A stretch of DNA of 32,000 nucleotides. Source: Pyrodictium abyssi (lineage in GTDB: Archaea; Thermoproteota; Thermoprotei_A; Sulfolobales; Pyrodictiaceae). Below the pieces are notes generated by a model. The model made no database searches, was not told the DNA's origin, and saw only the letters and a list, made by a program, of their open reading frames with translations. How positions within the stretch are numbered: the stretch's first letter is position 1; each line of letters starts with the position of its first letter. The stretch covers positions 1,470,001 through 1,502,000 of the forward strand of contig NZ_AP028907.1 of NCBI RefSeq assembly GCF_036323395.1, in the 5' to 3' direction. Position numbers and translations under genes: made by a program. Below are positions 26,310-32,000 of this stretch, piece after piece.

Positions 26310-27809
26310 TTGATATATGAGGGGTTAGTTGTGACAACTAAGAATCTTCCATGGGTAATAAAGTATAGGCCGCGTAGAATCGATGAAGTAGTAGACCAAG
26401 AGCAGGCCAAGGAAAAGTTCCTGCCATGGCTTAGGCGGTGGCTCCAAGGTCGCCCGCCGGAAAAGAAGGCAGCACTGTTCTACGGTCCTGCAGGTGTGGG
26501 TAAGACAAGCCTAGTCGAGGCTGCAGCCCATGAGTACGGCTTAGAAATAATCGAGATGAACGCTTCCGACTTTCGGAGACGCGAGGACATAGAGAGGATA
26601 GCAAAAATAGCAGCAACCCAGTATAGCCTATTTGGGCGTAAACGAATAATCCTACTCGACGAGGTAGATGGTATCTCAGGTACTGCTGACAAGGGAGGCC
26701 TTGACGCAATCCTCGACCTCATTAATGCTACGCGACATCCGATAGTTATGACCGCTAATGACCCCTGGGACCAAAAGCTTCGTCCTCTTCGTGAAGCGGC
26801 GCTGATGATACCGTTTAACAGGTTGTCTGAGCGATATGTTGTACAGGCTTTGAAGAGGATATGCTTGGCCGAGAAAATAGAGTGCGAGGATGCAGCACTA
26901 AAGCTCATAGCGCAGCGCTCTGAAGGCGATCTGCGCTCCGCTATTAACGACTTGCAAGCGATAGCTGAGGGTTATGGCAGAGTAACAGTGGACATTGTCA
27001 AGGGGGTGCTGGCGTCGAGAGATAGGCAGTACTCGCCATGGGAAATGCTGCGGCACTTGTTCATGGCTAAGTATGCGTGGCAGGCCAAGAGGGCTGTTAC
27101 GCATGCAGACCTAGACTATACTACGATGCTTCAGTGGATAAACGAGAATATCGCTGTACAGTATAGCGACCCCGAGGATATATGGAGGGCTCACGAGTCC
27201 TTAGCGCGTGCAGACATATTCATGGGTCGAATAATGCGGTCCCAGTCGTGGGACCTATTATCCTACGTATTCGACTTGGCGGGGCCAGGTGTCGCGCTAG
27301 CTCGAAAGAAGAGTAAGTTCAAATGGGCAAAGTACCAGTTCCCGCAGAAAATACTGCTACTAGCACGCACAAAAGAGACACGCGAGATAAGGGACGCTAT
27401 AGCTGAGGTGATAGCAAAACGGCTACATGTATCAAGAGCCAGAGCTAAGAGTGAAGTATTGCCCCTTCTATCTGTTATCTTCCGTGAGCGCCCAGACTAT
27501 GCTGCACGTTTGGCGATAGGGTACAATCTAACAGATGGTATGGTAAAGTATTTGGCGGGGCCGATGTACAACCAGGTAAAGGAGCACATCAACATGTTAC
27601 TACTTAGGCTTGAAAAACCAAGCACTGTAACAACAATCACGCCAGCCAGCTCGGCTACAGGGACACAAAAGCAGACAGCAGTGTCCACAGGTGCTCGTGC
27701 GTCCTCTAGCTCCGCTAGTACGTCGAGACGCAGAGCTAGTACTGGCAGAAGGTCGTCCTCAAGGCGTCGGAGAAAGGGCGGTGGGACACAAACTACACTT
27801 CCGATATAG
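26310..27809 (+). CDS. rfcL: Replication factor C large subunit
   Basis: 499 aa; '[21 protein letters not shown]', '[17 protein letters not shown]', '[10 protein letters not shown]'. TTG start, or GTG at 26331. Confidence 0.97.
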   Translation: MIYEGLVVTTKNLPWVIKYRPRRIDEVVDQEQAKEKFLPWLRRWLQGRPPEKKAALFYGPAGVGKTSLVEAAAHEYGLEIIEMNASDFRRREDIERIAKIAATQYSLFGRKRIILLDEVDGISGTADKGGLDAILDLINATRHPIVMTANDPWDQKLRPLREAALMIPFNRLSERYVVQALKRICLAEKIECEDAALKLIAQRSEGDLRSAINDLQAIAEGYGRVTVDIVKGVLASRDRQYSPWEMLRHLFMAKYAWQAKRAVTHADLDYTTMLQWINENIAVQYSDPEDIWRAHESLARADIFMGRIMRSQSWDLLSYVFDLAGPGVALARKKSKFKWAKYQFPQKILLLARTKETREIRDAIAEVIAKRLHVSRARAKSEVLPLLSVIFRERPDYAARLAIGYNLTDGMVKYLAGPMYNQVKEHINMLLLRLEKPSTVTTITPASSATGTQKQTAVSTGARASSSSASTSRRRASTGRRSSSRRRRKGGGTQTTLPI

Positions 27810-27837
27810 AGGCGGGTAATGGAGTAATCAAAATCGT

Positions 27838-28305
27838 CTACTCTAGTTCGGCCTTAACCTTCTCTTCCACTATTATCTTCTCTATTGCTGTCTCGGGGTA
27901 GAGGCCGTGCTCGTCTTTCTCCACCTTTTTCACCATGTCCCAGATGTTTAGTAACGCTACACTAACGGCGGTTAGAGCTTCCATTTCTACACCTGTTCTT
28001 GCCATGGCCCTTACCTTGGCCCTACAACCTATATGGTTGTCGTCCTCTATGAAGCACTTCACGTCAACGTTTGTTATTTCTATAGGATGACACATAGGTA
28101 GTAGCTGTGGAGTCATTTTTGCGGCCTGTATACCAGCTATGGCGGCAACGAATAGGGGGTCACCCTTCTCTACTAAGCCCTTCTTTATAGCTTCTATAGT
28201 GGACTTCCTTAACTTAATCCTACCGTAGGCTGTAGCTTCACGGTAAATAGTAGGCTTCCGGGATATGTCCACCATTTTTGGCTTAGAAGCCGGGGAGGCC
28301 TCCAT
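27838..28305 (-). CDS. moaC: Cyclic pyranopterin monophosphate synthase accessory protein
   Basis: 155 aa; 'MVDISRKPTIYREATAYGRI', 'LLPMCHPIEIT', 'RTGVEMEALTAVSVALLNIWDMVK'. Confidence 0.97.
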   Translation of the reverse strand: MEASPASKPKMVDISRKPTIYREATAYGRIKLRKSTIEAIKKGLVEKGDPLFVAAIAGIQAAKMTPQLLPMCHPIEITNVDVKCFIEDDNHIGCRAKVRAMARTGVEMEALTAVSVALLNIWDMVKKVEKDEHGLYPETAIEKIIVEEKVKAELE

Positions 28306-28438
28306 GACGGCAACACCGTCCAGAGGGGGATCCGCTGTAAGCGTATAGAGTGTACGAGTAGCTCTTAAGCACTACATTGTGGGCAAGCTAGTTTTCTAGA
28401 ATTCTGGCCAGGTATAGGCATAATGTTTGAGTAGGGTA

Positions 28439-28720
28439 CTATGCTAAGCCGTCAAGGGTTCTCAGAAACTCTATTATCAGTGCAGTCTTAGGGTTATCGT
28501 ACCTTAAGTTGAAAAGTCTGAGTCTGCCAATGCGCTGCTCTTCTACGAGTCCTATAGACTTTAGCTCTTCAAGATGCTGTTCTACGAGCCTGTGGTGAAG
28601 TCTAGTGTCCTTAACTATCCTGGTTATGTTTAGCTGGCCGTTTTTCGCGAGAACATATATTATCTTTATCTTGCCTTTGCTTCCAAGTATCCTTGCTATG
28701 TCGGCATTGGCGGTGTTCAT
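28439..28720 (-). CDS. Winged helix-turn-helix DNA-binding protein (ArsR-like)
   Basis: 93 aa; 'RILGSKGKIKIIYVLAKNGQLNITRIVKDTRLHHRLVEQHLEELKSIGLVEEQRIGRLRLF'. Confidence 0.85.
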   Translation of the reverse strand: MNTANADIARILGSKGKIKIIYVLAKNGQLNITRIVKDTRLHHRLVEQHLEELKSIGLVEEQRIGRLRLFNLRYDNPKTALIIEFLRTLDGLA

Positions 28721-29952
28721 TCTGTATCCCTCTTGTATTCTATGATCTCTGCTACATGCTTCTCTAGGAGCTCAAGGGGTCCTATACTAATGCCTATTAG
28801 TGTACTCTTTCCGCGGTAGCCTTTCCCAGATACGCGGGCGTCGATGACGCCCCTCTTCTTCAGGTCCATCACATACTCATAGATCTGTGTATGGCGTCTG
28901 GGTTTCTCGCCTATTTCCTCGCATATGTTCTGGTACTCTTCTTCTACCTCGCCTATCCTCACATAGGCCTCAGATGAGCGTCTTAGCACTCGTATAGCGG
29001 CTAGAAGTATGAGCAGCTCATGGAGTGGTAGATGTTTTATCACGTCGTTTATCATTATTGATAGATTAGGGTTAGTCTTTGCAAAGGCTTTTCTGACATG
29101 CTCTATAGTCACTATTGGCGAGCCTTCATTATCTGCTTCCGTACCGGCAAGCATCAGTATTTCTAGTGCCAGTCTTGCATTGCCGCTCCCTCCAGTATCC
29201 ACACCGACTAGCTCCGAGACATAGTTGAGAACGTCGTCACCAACTGTGCCTTCGTAGAAGGCTTCGCCGCTCCTATACTTTAGTATGTCGAACAGCTCCG
29301 AACTCGTGTACGGTTTGAAATGAATGACGTTCCTGACTAGATAGCTCTCTGTTGCTGAGTCTAGCCTGCTTAGACTCGTTAATCCCCTAGTTATGAATAT
29401 GTAGCTTATCCTCTTTGTTAGCTCTGGGTGCTCGTCGTACGTACGTACGAGGAAGTATACGGCGTCATTTCCAGCAACTTCTATGAAGTAGTCAAACTCG
29501 TCGAGCGTTATAATGGCGTATATGTCTCTGTTTTCAAGATGCTTGAGGATTATCTGGAACATTTCTTGGGCTGACAAGCCGCGTGGTGGTATAGGTATAT
29601 GGAGTTGGCGCGCTATTTCCTGTACGACGAAGTATAGTGTCCGGTCTCTGTGACAGTTGACGTGAACGTACTCGAGCTTTATACCACGCTGGCGTGCGAG
29701 GTGTTTAAAGTCGCTTCCAAATCTCCTTGCGGTTGCGCTTTTGCCTGTACCTATGCTGCCTACTAGCAGTACGCGCTGGGATATAGTGCCGGGCTCTAGG
29801 AGTAGTGGACGGAAGTACGTTGCAAGGCTCTTGAGCTGCTCCTCTCGATGGGGGAGATATGCTGGCACGTACTCTGGGTACAGTTTCTCTCTGCTCTTGA
29901 ACACGGATGGGTGCTCTAGGACACTTTCGATTATGTCACGTGCCGTAGGCAT
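28717..29952 (-). CDS. cdc6: Orc1/Cdc6 replication initiator
   Basis: 411 aa; Walker A 'VGSIGTGKSATARRF', Walker B 'IITLDEFDYFIE', C-terminal winged-helix region. Confidence 0.95.
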   Translation of the reverse strand: MPTARDIIESVLEHPSVFKSREKLYPEYVPAYLPHREEQLKSLATYFRPLLLEPGTISQRVLLVGSIGTGKSATARRFGSDFKHLARQRGIKLEYVHVNCHRDRTLYFVVQEIARQLHIPIPPRGLSAQEMFQIILKHLENRDIYAIITLDEFDYFIEVAGNDAVYFLVRTYDEHPELTKRISYIFITRGLTSLSRLDSATESYLVRNVIHFKPYTSSELFDILKYRSGEAFYEGTVGDDVLNYVSELVGVDTGGSGNARLALEILMLAGTEADNEGSPIVTIEHVRKAFAKTNPNLSIMINDVIKHLPLHELLILLAAIRVLRRSSEAYVRIGEVEEEYQNICEEIGEKPRRHTQIYEYVMDLKKRGVIDARVSGKGYRGKSTLIGISIGPLELLEKHVAEIIEYKRDTE

Positions 29953-29986
29953 AGTTTCAGTCTACCCATGTAACGTGGCCAGCGTA

Positions 29987-30571
29987 CTACCTTTTACCTT
30001 CTTCTGTGGCTGGCAAGCCGAGTCTACGAGAACGCCACACCTGGACACGATCCCATTTACTCCTGATCACGGCTACTACCACACCATAGCGTGTATCCTC
30101 GAGTTTCACTACACTAGGGGCCTTCCTTAGCACTCTAACCCCTGCAGCCTCGCTGAGGAGACGTGCCAATACTCTATTCCATTTCTTCTCGTTGCCGCCT
30201 ACTAGGAAGAAGCCACGTGGCTTTACCTCTAGGCCTAAAGCACCTCCTTCTATACGACCCTCTAGAGCTGGTATAAGAGTTTCCATAAAACGTCTTAGAT
30301 GTGAATGGCTGTCTAATGAGACACGTACATTGATGATATGCTCGACTGGTACTATACGCTCGACAGTTGCAGGGGGCTCCCTGATAACCAGCCTAAAAGC
30401 TTCGGTGGGGCTGAGTCTAGACGAAAGAACATAAAGTAACGGTGCGCAGTCTTCAATCCTTATTTCCACGTCCTCGTCATACTTGAAAAGCGCGTTACCT
30501 AGCTCCTCTGCAGCGGCTGAGAGATGCCAAGGCTCTGCAGTTGCTACAAGCACTAACCTACGACCCTGCAT
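29987..30571 (-). CDS. THUMP-domain-like protein
   Basis: 'LVLVATAEPWHLSAAAEELGNALFKYDEDVEIRIEDCAPLLYVLSSRLSPTEAFRLVIREPPATVERIVPVE'. The track start 30646 is too close to the TATA; ATG 30571 starts MQGRRLVLVA. Confidence 0.7.
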   Translation of the reverse strand: MQGRRLVLVATAEPWHLSAAAEELGNALFKYDEDVEIRIEDCAPLLYVLSSRLSPTEAFRLVIREPPATVERIVPVEHIINVRVSLDSHSHLRRFMETLIPALEGRIEGGALGLEVKPRGFFLVGGNEKKWNRVLARLLSEAAGVRVLRKAPSVVKLEDTRYGVVVAVIRSKWDRVQVWRSRRLGLPATEEGKR

Positions 30572-30642
30572 GACATACAGCCACCATTGCTGCATCAGGT
30601 ACATGGCTGGGAGGCAGCCGTGAATCCGCAAACAAGAGGTAA

Positions 30643-30654
30643 TCAAAATATAGG
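30643..30654 (-). promoter_or_regulatory. TATA-box promoter for the THUMP/cdc6 gene set
   Basis: Reverse strand reads CCTATATTTTGA, a strong archaeal box A, about 75 nt upstream of ATG 30571. Confidence 0.5.
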
Positions 30655-30731
30655 ACGCTAGCAGCTAGCGTGTTAGCGTGGTGTCTCAGCTAATAAATAG
30701 TGCGTGTTCAAGTACGGCGGTTTGTACCTGC

Positions 30732-32000
30732 TTAGTAGCCGGATGTATATAGATACACTAATCCCTTGTATGCGAGTTTTCCTGCGTATATAGCATCGCC
30801 TGCTAGCTCCTCCTCTATACGCAGCAGCTCATTGTACTTTGCTGTTCGTTCTCCCCTTGCGGGGGCGCCAGTCTTGATGAAGCCAGCCCGTAAACCTACA
30901 GCTATATGGGATATCGTAGTATCCTCAGTCTCTCCGCTACGGTGGCTGACTATTACACGCATACCATTATACATAGCTGCACGGGCATAATCCATGGCCT
31001 CTGTCAGAGTTCCTATCTGGTTAACCTTAAGCAGTGCAGCATTAGAAGCGCCATGCTCTATGCCCTTCTTAAGCCGTTCTAAGTTAGTCACATAGAGGTC
31101 ATCGCCTACTATTAAGACCCTATTACCTATACGCCGGGTTAGCTCGGCATGTGCTTCAAAGTCCTCCTCGTAGAACGGATCTTCTATGCTCGCAATAGGA
31201 TATTCATTTACAAGACTAACGTAGTACTCTAAGAGCTCGTCTCTGGTGAGAGGCCTATCGTCAACAATGTACACGTTCTTCTCAGTGTCATAGAAGTGCG
31301 ACGCAGCAGCATCAAGAGCGAATAGTACTTCGTTACCGGGCGTATACCCGGCCCTAGATACAGCTTCGCGAAGGGCATCAAGCGCCTCTCTGTTACTCTT
31401 CATAGGAGGCGCATAGCCACCCTCGTCGCCAACATTCACCGCAATAGCCCCATAACGATCCTTCAGAACCTGCTTAAGCATATGATACACTTCAGCAGCT
31501 ATACGTATAGCCTCAGCGAATGTATCCGCGCCAACAGGCACTATCATGAACTCTTGGAATGTAAGCTCGTTGCCGGCATGGGCGCCGCCATTAATTATGT
31601 TGAGAAGGGGTGCCGGCAGGATAAAGGTGCCACCAGCACCGCCGAGGTACTCGTATAGAGGAACACCGGCAGTGTCTGCAGCAGCCTTAGCTACGGCTAG
31701 CGAAACCGCGACTATCGCGTTAGCTCCGAGCCTAGACTTGTTAGGCGTGCCGTCAAGCTGGCACATTATGAAGTCTATGAGTCTCTGCTTCCGCGAATCG
31801 AGACCACGTAGCCGTGGAGCAATTATATTGTTAACGTTATAAACAGCCCTACTAACACCCTTGCCGTTAAACTCTTTCCCGCCATCTCTGAGCTCGATAG
31901 CCTCGTGAAGACCCTTAGAAGCACCCGCAGGGGCTGCAGCGCGGCCAAAACCGCTACGCGTTACTACCTCAGCCTCGACAGTAGGATTGCCTCGAGAGTC
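30732..32000 (-). CDS. eno: Enolase (5' end truncated by window edge)
   Basis: Reverse strand open in frame to 32000: 'DSRGNPTVEAEVVT', 'SFIEDPF'-like 'IASIEDPFYEED', 'VGDDLYVTN', 'LLKVNQIGTLTEA', 'VIVSHRSGETEDTTI'. The track begins only at the internal Met 31766. Confidence 0.97.
   Translation of the reverse strand, partial: DSRGNPTVEAEVVTRSGFGRAAAPAGASKGLHEAIELRDGGKEFNGKGVSRAVYNVNNIIAPRLRGLDSRKQRLIDFIMCQLDGTPNKSRLGANAIVAVSLAVAKAAADTAGVPLYEYLGGAGGTFILPAPLLNIINGGAHAGNELTFQEFMIVPVGADTFAEAIRIAAEVYHMLKQVLKDRYGAIAVNVGDEGGYAPPMKSNREALDALREAVSRAGYTPGNEVLFALDAAASHFYDTEKNVYIVDDRPLTRDELLEYYVSLVNEYPIASIEDPFYEEDFEAHAELTRRIGNRVLIVGDDLYVTNLERLKKGIEHGASNAALLKVNQIGTLTEAMDYARAAMYNGMRVIVSHRSGETEDTTISHIAVGLRAGFIKTGAPARGERTAKYNELLRIEEELAGDAIYAGKLAYKGLVYLYTSGY

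Noticed and set aside
1-32000. CRISPR arrays, tRNAs, transposase or toxin-antitoxin genes
   Set aside because: No regularly spaced repeats, no T-arm GGTTCRANYCC-type signature with a cloverleaf, and no recognisable mobile or TA proteins seen by eye; a tRNAscan/CRISPR finder run would be decisive.

Overview
The window is a chromosomal segment from a hyperthermophilic crenarchaeon. Protein wording, especially the family-B DNA polymerase, resembles Pyrodictiaceae (Hyperthermus/Pyrodictium); this is recall-based inference, with no search run. It is mostly dense housekeeping sequence. Genes called: HD-domain hydrolase, methionine aminopeptidase, DUF1512-like membrane protein, an unlinked 5S rRNA, UPF0173 MBL-fold hydrolase, pheS-pheT, tyrS, dnaG-type primase, M50 site-2 protease, nucleotidyltransferase plus radical SAM pair, pelota, GNAT, PolB, circularly permuted GTPase, THEP1-like NTPase, mcm and GINS, rfcS and rfcL, moaC, Orc1/Cdc6 with a small wHTH gene, a THUMP-like protein and a truncated enolase. 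I see no CRISPR array, transposon, phage or defence cassette. The best unannotated signals are: a C/D box sRNA-like gene at 242-292 with all four boxes and 12-14 nt guides; a 137-bp GC-rich element bounded by perfect 15-bp inverted repeats between pheT and tyrS; a second GC-rich nested-hairpin element at 21689-21776; a 9-bp palindrome next to the map promoter; a shared symmetric TATA-like element between the GINS/MCM and RFC gene pairs; and clustering of most replisome genes. No convincing novel multi-gene system is visible.
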